64,000 nt of DNA from Macrostomum hystrix (taxonomy: Eukaryota > Animalia > Platyhelminthes). Below the pieces are notes generated by a model. It was not told the origin of the DNA. It ran no database searches and saw only the letters and a program-made list of their open reading frames with translations. Position 1 is the first letter of the stretch; every line of letters starts with the position of its first letter. Made by a program: the position numbers and the translations under genes. Shown one piece after another: positions 49,555-63,400 of the stretch. The stretch is from positions 2,418,001 through 2,482,000 of the forward strand of contig CATNEN010000011.1 of NCBI GenBank assembly GCA_950097015.1, given 5' to 3'.

Positions 49555-51612
49555 GCCTCAGTCGAATCTCAGTGATTTCGGTATTGTGTTTACTTTACAG
49601 TTAAAGCTAGAGGTCCGGAGTTCGAATCTCAATGGTTTGAGTATCATGTTTAGTTTACAGTTAAAGCTAGAGGTCCGGAGTTCGAATCTCAATGGTTTGA
49701 GTATCATGTTTAGTTTACAGTTGAAGCTAGAGGTCCGGAGTTCGAATCTCAATGGTTTTAGTATCATGTTTAGTTTACAGTTGAAGCTGGAGGTCCGGAG
49801 TTCGAATCTCAATGGTTTGAGTATCGTGTTTAGTTTACAGCTGAAGCTAGAGGTCCGGAGTTCGAATCTCAATGGTTTGAGTATCATGTTTAGTTTACAG
49901 TTGAAGCTAGAGGTCCGGAGTTCGAATCTCAATGGTTTTAGTATCATGTTTAGTTTACAGTTGAAGCTAGAGGTCCGGAGTTCGAATCTCAATGGTTTTA
50001 GTATCATGTTTAGTTTACAGTTGAAGCTGGAGGTCCGGAGTTCGAATCTCAATGGTTTTAGTATCATGTTTAGTTTACAGCTGAAGCTAGAGGTCCGGAG
50101 TTCGAATCTCAATGATTTGAGTATCGTGTTTAGTTTACAGCTCAAGCTAGAGGTCCGGAGTTCGAATCTCAATGATTTAAGTATCGTGTTTAGTTTACAG
50201 CTCAAGCTAGAGGTCCGGAGTTCGAATCTCAATGGTTTTAGTATCGTGTTTAGTTTACAGCTCAAGCTAGAGGTCCGGAGTTCGAATCTCAATGGTTTGA
50301 GTATCATGTTTAGTTTACAGTTGAAGCTAGAGGTCCGGAGTTCGAATCTCAATGGTTTGAGTATCATGTTTAGTTTACAGTTGAAGCTAGAGGTCCGGAG
50401 TTCGAATCTCAATGATTTAAGTATCGTGTTTAGTTTACAGCTCAAGCTAGAGGTCCGGAGTTCGAATCTCAATGGTTTGAGTATCATGTTTAGTTTACAG
50501 TTGAAGCTAGAGGTCCGGAGTTCGAATCTCAATGATTTAAGTATCGTGTTTAGTTTACAGCTGAAGCTAGAGGTCCGGATTTCGAATCTCAATGATTTAA
50601 GTATCGTGTTTAGTTTACAGCTGAAGCTGGAGGTCCGGAGTTCGAATCTCAATGATTTAAGTATCGTGTTTAGTTTACAGCTGAAGCTAGAGGTCCGGAG
50701 TTCGAATCTCAATGGTTTGAGTATCGTGTTTAGTTTACAGCTGAAGCTAGAGGTCCGGATTTCGAATCTCAATGATTTAAGTATCGTGTTTAGTTTACAG
50801 CTGAAGCTAGAGGTCCGGAGTTCGAATCTCAATGGTTTTAGTATCGTGTTTAGTTCACAGTTGAAGCTAGAGGTCCGGAGTTCGAATCTCAATGGTTTTA
50901 GTATCGTGTTTAGTTCACAGTTGAAGCTGGAGGTCCGGAGTTCGAATCTCAATGATTTAAGTATCGTGTTTAGTTTACAGCTGAAGCTAGAGGTCCGGAT
51001 TTCGAATCTCAATGATTTAAGTATCGTGTTTAGTTTACAGTTGAAGCTGAAGGTCCGGAGTTTGAATCTCAATGATATAAGTATCGTGTTTAGTTTACAG
51101 CTGAAGCTAGAGGTCCGGAGTTCGAATCTCAATGGTTTTAGTATCGTGTTTAGTTCACAGTTGAAGCTAGAGGTCCGGAGTTCGAATCTCAATGATTTGA
51201 GTATCATGTTTAGTTTACAGCTGAAGCTAGAGGTCCGGAGTTCGAATCTCAATGGTTTTAGTATCGTGTTTAGTTCACAGTTGAAGCTAGAGGTCCGGAG
51301 TTCGAATCTCAATGGTTTTAGTATCGTGTTTAGTTTACAGCTGAAGCTAGAGGTCCGGAGTTCGAATCTCAATGGTTTTAGTATCGTGTTTAGTTCACAG
51401 TTGAAGCTAGAGGTCCGGAGTTCGAATCTCAATGATTTGAGTATCATGTTTAGTTTACAGCTGAAGCTAGAGGTCCGGAGTTCGAATCTCAATGGTTTTA
51501 GTATCGTGTTTAGTTCACAGTTGAAGCTAGAGGTCCGGAGTTCGAATCTCAATGGTTTTAGTATCGTGTTTAGTTTACAGCTGAAACTTGAGGTCCTGAG
51601 TCCGAATCTCGT
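49555..51612. repeat. Minisatellite, exact 60-bp unit, about 34 copies
   Basis: Period of 60 with substitutions only, explaining the 703-aa and 664-aa ORFs. Confidence 0.98.
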
Positions 51613-52324
51613 CCCGAATTTGGATTTTCATTCCTAATCGAGACACCTAATTCCCCATAGACCATAGACAGTTTCCCAGGTGCTATCGCTCAGAGGACTG
51701 TACTAGGACTGGACTGTACTCTATTGAAATTTCATATTTTTAATTAAATATATTTATTGATTTTTTAAAGCTCTTGCCAATCGTGTGTTATGCAAATACG
51801 AATATTTAAATTTTTGTCAGCTGCCAACCTGTTGCATAGTTTTATGTCATTATCGCTCTCTTTTGAATAAAAAATATTACAATATTGACTTTAATAATAA
51901 TTGAGTTCGCGTCTATTTTAAGGTGGAGACAATTTACGATTTTAACAATAAATTTTAACATTTTTCATGCTTTTTGTTTTGGTTCGTCTTTTTTAAAGGT
52001 CTTTTTCTGGTAATAGAGAAAAGTTAATAAGTTAAGCTAAAACGGCCCCTTTAAGGGCCGCACAAAAAGTAACAATACGCAATATAAATACGAAGCTTCT
52101 TATCAGTTAGATAGTAAACCAACATTAATTGACGAATTCAAAATTGCCAGACTCGATTAAAAAGGAGTTTACAAATCAAGCAATTTACATTTGCGAATAA
52201 AATGATAACTACGAAAACGACTAAAAAGATTTACGCGAGCAAACTAGCTGAGTCCGCAGACTATAACATTCTGTGCTACTCTCCTACCCCAACTGTAAAA
52301 TATTTGACAATTTATCTATCTATC

Positions 52325-53490
52325 AGGTTAGATATGTTCTCTATAACAGGTGAGACATTAACTGTCTATCTGGTGAGACGTCGACTGTCCAACAGGTGAC
52401 ACGTCTGCTGTCTAACAAGTGAGACATCAACTATATATCAGGTGATACATCAACTGTCCAAAAGTTGGGACATCAACTGTCTAACAGGTAAGACATCAAC
52501 TATCTAACAGGTAAGACGTCAACTGTCTAACTGGTGAGATGTCAACTACGAGCTATCTAACAGGTTAGATATTTTCTCTATAATAGGTGAAACGTCAAAT
52601 GTCTAATAGGTGAGACGTCAACTGTCTAACAGGTGAGACGTCAACTCTCCAACAGGTGAGACGCCAACTGTCTAACAGGTGAGACGTCAACTGTCTAACA
52701 GGTGAGACGTCAACTCTCCAACAGGTGAGACGTCAACTGTCTAACAGGTGAGACGTCAACTGTCTAATAGGTGAGACGTCAACTGTCTAACAGGTGAGAC
52801 GTCAACTGTCTAACAGGTGAGACGTCAACTGTCTAACAGGTGAGACGTCAACTGTCTAATAGGTGAGACGTCAACTGTCTAACTGGTGAGATGTCAACTA
52901 CGAGCTATCTAACAGGTTAGATATTTTCTCTATAATAGGTGAAACGTCAAATGTCTAATAGGTGAGACGTCAACTGTCTAACAGGTGAGACGTCAACTCT
53001 CCAACAGGTGAGACGCCAACTGTCTAACAGGTGAGACGTCAACTGTCTAACAGGTGAGACGTCAACTCTCCAACAGGTGAGACGTCAACTGTCTAACAGG
53101 TGAGACGTCAACTGTCTAATAGGTGAGACGTCAACTGTCTAACAGGTGAGACGTCAACTGTCTAACAGGTGAGACGTCAACTGTCTAACAGGTGAGACGT
53201 CAACTGTCTAACAGGTGAGACGTCAACTGTCTAATAGGTGAGACATCAACTGTCTAATAGGTGAGAATCAACTATCTAACAGGTAAGACATCAACTGTCT
53301 AACTGGTGAGATGTCAACTATCTAACAGGTTAGATATTTTCTCTATAATAGGTGAGACGTCAAATGTCTAATAGGTGAGACGCCAACTGTCTAACAGGTG
53401 AGACGTCAACTCTCCAACAGGTGAGACGTCAAGTCTCCAACAGGTGAGACATCAACTGTCTACCACGTACGAACGTCTGTCTAACAAGTG
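52325..53490. repeat. Minisatellite, 23-bp AGGTGAGACGTCAACTGTCTAAC
   Basis: Tandem copies with a 352-bp internal duplication. Confidence 0.96.
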
Positions 53491-53900
53491 ACAATTTAGT
53501 AGTAATTCTAAAACTGAGTTATAGCTGTTCATCTCATTCAGCGAAGCATAGTTGATAAAGCAGAATTCTCGACAGAAAAGTGGGTCAGTGTGTTGTGCGG
53601 GCAGTTTCTCTTGTGTACATTGCCTAATTTAAACTTCATTACCTGGGTTAGGAGCTTCACTCTTCTCATCAAATCTGACATGCCATTGTCTTTTTCGGCG
53701 TACATTCTTGCTGTTCTATCGCCCACTGTTCTACAGCACAATTTTTTTCTACCAATTTTAGCTCGACTATAAAACAAATTACTTTGAACTTCGAATAAAT
53801 TCATTGATATAGGACAGTTAGACTTTCAGCAGGACTAAGTCTACATTTTAATTCAAATAGCTTAACAGACAATAATTGCATCAAAGACGTTAACGAGAAG

Positions 53901-56900
53901 ATGGGGGGACATGAAAGTAAGTAATTATATTACAATTCACTTGCTATTAACTTTTTCAATTCTCAGATTAGCAATCCAGTCTAGATCATATAGTAGTATA
54001 GATTAGCAATCCAGTCTAGATCATATAGTAGTATAGATTAGCAATCCAGTCTAGATCATATAGAAGTATAGATTAGCAATCCAGTCTAGATCATATAGTA
54101 GTATAGATTAGTAATCCAATCTAGATCATCTAATAGTATAGATTAGCAATCCAATCTAGATCATCTTATAGTATAGATTAGCAATCCAATCTAGATCATC
54201 TAATAGTATAGATTAGCAATCCAGTCTAGATCATCTAATAGTATAGATTAGCAATCCAATCTAGATCATCTTATAGTATAGATTAGCAATCCAATCTAGA
54301 TCATCTAATAGTATAGATTAGCAATCCAATCTAGATCATCTTATAGTATAGATTAGCAATCCAATCTAGATCATATAGTAGTATAGATTAGCAATCCAGT
54401 CTAGATCATATAGAAGTATAGATTAGCAATCCAGTCTAGATCATATAGTAGTATAGATTAGTAATCCAATCTAGATCATCTAATAGTATAGATTAGCAAT
54501 CCAATCTAGATCATCTTATAGTATAGATTAGCAATCCAATCTAGATCATCTAATAGTATAGATTAGCAATCCAGTCTAGATCATCTAATAGTATAGATTA
54601 GCAATCCAATCTAGATCATCTTATAGTATAGATTAGCAATCCAATCTAGATCATCTAATAGTATAGATTAGCAATCCAATCTAGATCATCTTATAGTATA
54701 GATTAGCAATCCAATCTAGATCATCTAATAGTATAGATTAGCAATCCAGTCTAGATCATCTAATAGTATAGATTAGCAATCCAATCTAGATCATCTTATA
54801 GTATAGATTAGCAATCCAATCTAGATCATCTAATAGTATAGATTAGCAATCCAATCTAGATCATCTAATAGTATAGATTAGCAATCCAATCTAGATCATC
54901 TAATAGTATAGATTAGCAATCCAATCTAGATCATTTAATAGTATAGATTAGCAATCTAGTCTAGATCATCTAATAGTATAGATTAGCAATCCAATCTAGA
55001 TCATCTAATAGTATAGATTAGCAATCCAGTCTAGATCATCTAATAGTATAGATTAGCAATCTAGTCTAGATCATCTAATAGTATAGATTAGCAATCTAGT
55101 CTAGATCATCTGATAGTATAGATTAGCAATCCAATCTAGATCATCTCTAATAGTATAGATTAGCAATCTTGTCTAGATCATCTAATAGTATAGATTAGCA
55201 ATCTAGTCTAGATCATCTAATAGTATAGATTAGCAATCCAATCTAGATCATCTAATTGACTAGATTTACAATGTCATCTAGATCATCAGGTAGAACTTAC
55301 AGTTTGTATAAGTTCAATATATTTACTGAGAGTGAACATTTTCAATCAAACATATTGATCAAACCAATCTAACCAAAATTTGAATTTCAGCCGCAGAGAC
55401 GGGCATTAACGAATCGGTGTTCGCCATTTTAAACAAAGTCGCCGGCTTTCAGATTGGCTCGGTTGTTGACGCCGAGGATTTCTCGGATAAAGTGAATTAC
55501 AAATGGACAGCAGCCCTGCTAGTCACAACCACATTTCTAGTTGTCATGCGGGATTTCACCTTCAAGCCAATCCAGTGCTACACACCACCCGAGTGGCCCC
55601 ACCCCTGGGAGGAATACGCGGAGAACTATTGCTGGGTTCAGAACAATTATCACATCTCCTATCTGAACACGAGCTACCCAACACCAACGGAGAGAACAAG
55701 TTTGGAGCTCAGTGAGTAACAAGACCGGTTAGTCAGTCCATGGACTGGGTCTTGTAGCCTAATGATTAGAGCGTCTGACTAAGGACTCAGAGTTCGTGGG
55801 TTCGATTCTCGACTCCTGCACTGGAATATGTGTCCTTTAGCTAGACACTTAATTTAGTTATCAAAATAAAAAAGTAGGAATTAAAATAGTTCAATGACGA
55901 AAACTTGCTGAAATTGTTCATTTTGCTGGTTCGAGTTTTATTTTAATTAGGTTCAGCTCACTATTTGAGTGCGTGAGCACGTTCGCCCCCTGTCGCTTCT
56001 GATATTCTCAGAGCGAGTTCTTTTGCCTGACCCTAAAATGAGCAGTACGTCTCATCTTCCATCTTTTCTTTACTTATTCTGTCTTTTTAAGATTTTCTAA
56101 GATTGCTTATTTAAGCGATGAGGCGCTGAAACCTAGCAAAAGGCTAACCTACCTCTAACACTACAACGTCACTGACGGTGCTCAGCAATTTAACATGGAA
56201 TGCTCAAGGTATTCTAATGCTTTCATCATCTCTAGTGCTTCTCAGAGTTTATTCATCCATCCATGCTTTAGCAGGTCACGCGCCAGACAGGAAAGCAAAA
56301 AAATGCTAGTTAGTGCACACAGATGAAATGATCAAGCTTTAGTAGGCTGCCATGCTATTCGTGAGGTGCTGAATGATAGCTATTGTGAGGATTCCATTGT
56401 GAGGGTTCCATTTGATAATTTAGATTTAATTAGTAGGATTCTCTTAATGGGATTAGATTATTGTGATTCGATTGTTGGGATTCTATAATTGGGATTCGAT
56501 TATTAGGATTCGATAAATGGGATTCGATAAATGGGATTCGATAAATGGGATTCGATAAATGGGATTCGATAAGTGGGATTCGATAAATGGGATTCGATAA
56601 ATGGGATTCGATAAATGGGATTCGATTATTGGGATTCGATTATTGGGATTTGATTATTGGGATTCGATAATTAGGATTCGATTATTGGGATTCGATTATT
56701 GGGATTCGATTATTGGGATTCGATAATTAGGATTCGATTATTGGGATTCGATTATTGGGATTCGATTATTGGGATTCGATAATTAGGATTCGATTATTGG
56801 GATTCGATTATTGGGATTCGATAATTGTGATTTAATTATTGGTATTTAATTATTGGTATTTAATTATTGGGATTCGATTATTGGTATTTAATTATTGGGA

Positions 56901-58680
56901 TTCGATAATTAGGATTCGATTATTGGGATTCGATTATTGGGATTCGATTATTGGGATTCGATTATTGGGATTCGATTATTGTGATTTAATTATTGGTATT
57001 TAATTATTGGTATTTAATTATTGGGATTCGATAATTAGGATTCGATTATTGGGATTCGATTATTGGGATTCGATAATTAGGATTCGATTATTGGGATTCG
57101 ATTATTGGGATTCGATTATTGGGATTCGATTATTGGGATTTAATTATTGGTATTTAATTATTGGGATTCGATAATTAGGATTCGATTATTGGGATTCGAT
57201 TATTGGGATTCGATTATTGGGATTCGATTATTGGGATTCGATTATTGGGATTCGATTATTGGGATTCGATTATTGGGATTCGATTATTGGGATTCGATTA
57301 TTGGGATTCGATTATTGGGATTCGATTATTGGGATTCGATTATTGGGATTCGATTATTGGGATTCGATTATTGGGATTCGATTATTGGGATTCGATTATT
57401 GGGATTCGATTATTGGGATTCGATAATTAGGATTCGATTATTGGGATTCGATTATTAGGATTAGATTATTAGGATTTGATAAATGGGATTTGATTATTGG
57501 GATTTATTTAATGGCCTCCATTATACCCCAGTATACTCCAGAATAATCCAGAAGATTATACTTTTAGTACGATTTTTATCATGTAATTGTTTTCTTTGTT
57601 TTATTCCACCTTAAAATTAGATTTAAATGACTGCAAGTTATTATTAAATCTAACAATCATAATTTAATCTGGCTTTCAGACTACTACCAATGGGTCCCAT
57701 TTGTGCTCGCACTGGAGGCCCTATTCGTGTACTTGCCGCATCTGGTTTGGCGTTTCCTATCCACTCGCAGCGGCATCGACCCCCAGGGTCTGGTCCGGCT
57801 AGCCAAGCGAGCTGTCATACTCAACGAAAGGAAGCGCAGTCGCCTCATTATCCACCTGGTCTCAGAGATTGAAGAGGCCATGGGACTTCACGAGGCCAGG
57901 CGCCGGTGGAATAATCAATCTCAGGCTAACAAGAACTTTCTGGAATGCCTGTACAGCACGCTGCCCTGTTTCTGGGTGGGCAGGAGGTCTGGCTTCGCTC
58001 TGTTCTTCCTGTACCTCATCAACAAGCTGGTGTACCTGCTAGTGGGTGTTGGCCACCTGTACATGATGCGCAGTTTCCTCGGCTTCGAGGAGCTGCACTT
58101 TGGCTGGACTTGCGCCGTTGATCTGGTCCGCGGACGTCAGTGGCGACAAACTCGAGTGTTTCCACGCCTGACCTTTTGCGATGTGCCGATCAAGCATTTG
58201 GGCCAGTGGAACACTCGTTCCATTCAGTGCGTCTTGCCGTTGAATGTGCTCAACGAGAAGCTGTACATCTTCCTGTGGTTCTGGACTGTGGCCTGCCTGT
58301 GCCTGACTGTGGTGTCCACTGTCGTCTGGCTTGTTCGAGTGTTCACGCCAAAAATTCGTCAACAATTTGTGAAGAAATATCTGGTTAAGCTGGCCGCGCT
58401 AGTTGACAAGGCCAAGGACGAGCAGGAGTCACGGATGCGCAAGGACTTTGTCAGCCTCTTCCTGTCATTGGACGGAATGTTCCTGCTCAACCTGATTGAG
58501 CACAATGCTGGCAATATGTGCGTGACTGAGATCATCTACAACCTGTACACCAGGTACAGGGCAAGGTGGACAGCGGAACAGGCGGTACATCATGACCCAG
58601 TCAATGACGCATCGTCAATCAGACCAGTTCAATCAGATGATGGATTGAAGAATAGAAAATCTACAAGGCGCGGAGATTGA
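53901..58680 (+). CDS. inx: Innexin A; join(53901..53916, 55391..55711, 57680..58680), 445 aa
   Basis: EDFSDKVNY..T, CYTP, ENYCW, spliced LNYYQWVPF, FPRLTFCD...CVLPLNVLNEKLYIFLWFW. Phase-1 introns chain in frame. The first micro-exon (ATGGGGGGACATGAAA|GTAAGT) is inferred. Confidence 0.9.
53965..55262. repeat. Minisatellite, 35-bp GATTAGCAATCCAATCTAGATCATCTAATAGTATA (innexin A intron 1)
   Basis: Tandem copies with a 350-bp internal duplication. Confidence 0.97.
55746..55852 (+). mobile_element. SINE family A, truncated 5' part
   Basis: TAGCCTAATGA...GGGTTCGATTCTC...GTGTCCTTTAGCTAGACACT. Confidence 0.75.
56430..57505. repeat. Minisatellite, 14-bp GGGATTCGATTATT (innexin A intron 2)
   Basis: Tandem copies with eroded flanks. 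Confidence 0.96.
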
Positions 58681-59275
58681 AGTCTTTGCTGAAGAGAGCG
58701 CCATGCTAAATGCTTAATTATTACCTATGCAGCAAATTATGTTTTTTACCTTGGTTATGCTTGTTAAACTAATAATAATCATCAAGTTGTAGATTTCTGT
58801 CTTTTGAATCACATCACTGTAAAATCGGTTGAAAGTTGAATTATTATGAAATATATGGGCAAATATTTTGTAATTTAGTTTCATCTGTCTTAGGCGTTAA
58901 CAAAAACTGTGAAAGTACCATAGTTCAGTAGTCGAGTCTTATTTCTTCTAGTGCTGTCTCTCTATTTCAAACAACTAATTCACATTGTGTATTGCGGGTT
59001 CATTGAGGATAAAATTTTGACTTAAAACCGTTCATCTTGGTGCTATAAACATTCTTAAGTCCTATGTATTTTATCCCCAAAGCTGGATCCTCAGCAGATC
59101 GCACAAAAATAATAGTAAAAAATACAAAATCTAATATATTAAGCCTTTACACATTATAATAAAATATGCTTTAAGTATCACATACTAAGCTAAGATAACA
59201 AATGCTATCAAAAGTACAATTTTAAATCAGCATCCGCATAGAAACAATAAATTAGGTTATTTCGTAGGTAAATGA

Positions 59276-60243
59276 TCACACCTTGCTGGCGGTCAGGTGT
59301 AGCAATTGGCAGTCACCTTTGCCGCGTATTGAAATCGTGCTTCTGTCGTTCGGGTCTTGACCGCCATCGACCGCCTTGTCGGATCTGGCTAGCTGCTGTT
59401 TCATCATCGCGGCGACAATTCTGGCAGCGCAGAGCCGGCCGCACTTGGCAGCCAGCATCTGCAGGATGAAGAGGCCGTCTAGACGGAGATTGTCGCGCAT
59501 GAAATTGTTGATCACCGGAGAATCATCGGCTGGTCCCAGTCCTTGGTGAGGCTGCTCGATGCGTATCAGGCTGCGCATGAACGAGTGCCTCTGCGACTGT
59601 GGCAGCACGCTAGCCAGCCAGTAGACGCAGAAGGCCACCTGTAAGGCCATGCAGAACACAGTCCAGAACCACAGGAATATGTAGATCTTCTCGTTCAGCA
59701 TGTTCATGGGTAGGACGCACTGGATTGAACGCGTATTCCATTGGCCGACGTGTTTGATAGGCACGTCACAAAAGGTGACCCGCGGAAAAACACCAGTTTG
59801 CGACCATTGGCGTCCGTTAATCAGGTCCTGCAATGTTGTCCAGCCAAAATGCAGCTCCTTGTAGCCCAGGTAAAACTTCATTAGGTAGAGTAGGCCGAGA
59901 CCGTTTAATACGTAGACAAGTTTGCTCACAATGTACCAGCTGAAAAGGCAGCTGGTGCAACGAATTTTGGACGCCGCTGGGCAGCATGAAACACGAGATT
60001 CAGTCACTCTGGCTGCGACTAAAGTGCTTCTACTGAGCTGGCTGGACAGGTAAATAGCAATCTTCTGCTGCTTCTTAGCGCTAGCTCCCTTGCTTTTGCC
60101 TTGCTCTTTCATCTCACTGGCCATTCTGATAATGTGATGCGCATCGCTTCGGCTGCGAGCCGACGTCACTCGCCAAAATACGTGAGGAATGAACACTAGG
60201 AAGGCTTGAAGCGATAGCAGGATTGGAACCCATTGAAAATAGC
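59276..60243 (-). CDS. inx: Innexin B, last coding exon (upstream exons lie beyond the window)
   Basis: Acceptor CCGCAG|GC, then YFQWVPILL and FPRVTFCD...CVLPMNMLNEKIYIFLWFW. A candidate donor GTGAGT sits at 64000-63995 on the minus strand. Confidence 0.9.
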
Positions 60244-60419
60244 CTGCGGTGTTCGGCAAGTTAAAATAGGAGTGAGGTGGTTTTTAATGTGAAAATTCAA
60301 AGGCGCATATTAATATACAAAGTTACTAAATGATTTAACGATTACTACTTGTCGTTTGCTAGTACACGCTATTTGTTGTGGTACGTCACGATACTTCTAC
60401 AGCGATACCAAACTTCGTG

Positions 60420-63400
60420 ATGAATTACTAGCTTCACGATCCTTCATGATTCTGCTAGCGATACGATACATCATGATTCTTCTAGCGATACGATACTTCA
60501 TGATTCTTCTAGCGATACGATACTTCATGATTGTTCTAGCGATACGATACTTCATGATTCTTCTAGCGATACGATACTTCATGATTCTTCTAGCGATACG
60601 ATACTTCATGATTCTTCTAGCGATACGATACTTCATGATTCTGCTAGCGATACGATACTTCATGATACTTCTAGCGATACGATACTTCATGATTCTTCTA
60701 GCGATACGATACTTCATGATTCTGCTAGCTATACGATACTTCATGATTCTTCTAGCGATACGATACTTCATGATACTTCTAGCGATACGATACTTCATGA
60801 TTCTGCTAGCGATACGATCCTTCATGATTCTGCTAGCGATACGATACTTCATGATTCTGCTAGCGATGCGATACTTCATGATTCTGCTAGCGATACGATA
60901 CTTCATGATTCTTCTAGCGATACGATACTTCATGATTCTTCTAGCGATACGATACTTCATGATTCTGCTAGCGATACGATACTTCATGATTCTGCTAGCG
61001 ATGCGATACTTCATGATTCTTCTAGCGATACGATACTTCATGATTCTTCTAGCGATACGATACTTCATGATTCTTCTAGCGATACGATACTTCATGATTC
61101 TGCTAGCGATACGATACTTCATGATTCTGCTAGCGATGCGATACTTCATGATTCTGCTAGCGATGCGATACTTCATGATTCTTCTAGCGATACGATACTT
61201 CATGATTCTTCTAGCGATACGATACTTCATGATTCTGCTAGCGATACGATACTTCATGATTCTGCTAGCGATGCGATACTTCATGATTCTTCTAGCGATA
61301 CGATACTTCATGATTCTTCTAGCGATACGATACTTCATGATTCTTCTAGCGATGCGATACTTCATGATTCTTCTAGCGATACGATACTTCATGATTCTTC
61401 TAGCGATACGATACTTCATGATTCTGCTAGCTATACGATACTTCATGATTCTGCTAGCGATACGATACTTCATGATTCTTCTAGCTATACGATACTTCAT
61501 GATTCTGCTAGCTATACGATACTTCATGATTCTTCTAGCTATACGATACTTCATGATTCTTCTAGCTATACGATACTTCATGATTCTGCTAGCTATACGA
61601 TACTTCATGATTCTTCTAGCGATACGATACTTCATGATTCTGCTAGCGATACGATACTTCATGATTCTTCTAGCTATACGATACTTCATGATTCTTCTAG
61701 CGATACGATACTTCATGATTCTTCTAGCGATACAATACTTCATGATACTTCTAGCGATACGATACTTCATGATTCTTCTAGCGATACGATACTTCATGAT
61801 TCTGCTAGCGATACGATACTTCATGATTCTGCTAGCGATGCGATACTTCATGATTCTTCTAGCGATACGATACTTCATGATTCTTCTAGCGATACGATAC
61901 TTCATGATTCTTCTAGCGATACGATACTTCATGATTCTGCTAGCGATACGATACTTCATGATTCTGCTAGCGATGCGATACTTCATGATTCTGCTAGCGA
62001 TGCGATACTTCATGATTCTTCTAGCGATACGATACTTCATGATTCTTCTAGCGATACGATACTTCATGATTCTGCTAGCGATACGATACTTCATGATTCT
62101 GCTAGCGATGCGATACTTCATGATTCTTCTAGCGATACGATACTTCATGATTCTTCTAGCGATACGATACTTCATGATTCTTCTAGCGATGCGATACTTC
62201 ATGATTCTTCTAGCGATACGATACTTCATGATTCTTCTAGCGATACGATACTTCATGATTCTGCTAGCTATACGATACTTCATGATTCTGCTAGCGATAC
62301 GATACTTCATGATTCTTCTAGCTATACGATACTTCATGATTCTGCTAGCTATACGATACTTCATGATTCTTCTAGCTATACGATACTTCATGATTCTTCT
62401 AGCTATACGATACTTCATGATTCTGCTAGCTATACGATACTTCATGATTCTTCTAGCGATACGATACTTCATGATTCTGCTAGCGATACGATACTTCATG
62501 ATTCTTCTAGCTATACGATACTTCATGATTCTTCTAGCGATACGATACTTCATGATTCTTCTAGCGATACAATACTTCATGATACTTCTAGCGATACGAT
62601 ACTTCATGATTCTTCTAGCGATACGATACTTCATGATTCTTCTAGCGATACGATATACTTCATGATTGTTCTAGCGATACGATACTTCATGATACTTCTA
62701 GCGATACGATACTTCATGATTCTGCTAGCGATGCGATACTTCATGATACTTCTAGCGATACGATACTTCATGATTCTGCTAGCGATACGATCCTTCATGA
62801 TTCTGCTAGCGATACGATACTTCATGATTCTGCTAGCGATGCGATACTTCATGATTCTGCTAGCGATGCGATACTTCATGATTCTTCTAGCGATACGATA
62901 CTTCATGATTCTTCTAGCGATACGATACTTCATGATTCTGCTAGCGATACGATACTTCATGATTCTGCTAGCGATGCGATACTTCATGATTCTTCTAGCG
63001 ATACGATACTTCATGATTCTTCTAGCGATACGATACTTCATGATTCTTCTAGCGATACGATACTTCATGATACTTCTAGCGATACGATACTTCATGATTC
63101 TGCTAGCGATGCGATACTTCATGATTCTTCTAGCGATACGATACTTCATGATTCTTCTAGCGATACGATACTTCATGATTCTGCTAGCGATACGATACTT
63201 CATGATTCTGCTAGCGATGCGATACTTCATGATTCTTCTAGCGATACGATACTTCATGATTCTTCTAGCGATACGATACTTCATGATTCTTCTAGCGATG
63301 CGATACTTCATGATTCTTCTAGCGATACGATACTTCATGATTCTTCTAGCGATACGATACTTCATGATTCTGCTAGCTATACGATACTTCATGATTCTGC

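Noticed and set aside
49526-51637. 703-aa and 664-aa opposite-strand ORFs of 20-aa repeats
   Set aside because: The unit length is a multiple of 3, so one stop-free unit gives a long ORF. There is no start or terminal context.
52044-52062. Hairpin CGGCCC-CTTTAA-GGGCCG as a Helitron 3' end
   Set aside because: No CTRR terminus at the expected distance on either strand.
55399-55419. Non-AUG (ACG or GTG) start for innexin A
   Set aside because: An upstream ATG micro-exon at 53901-53916 with a GTAAGT donor splices in frame to the acceptor at 55390.
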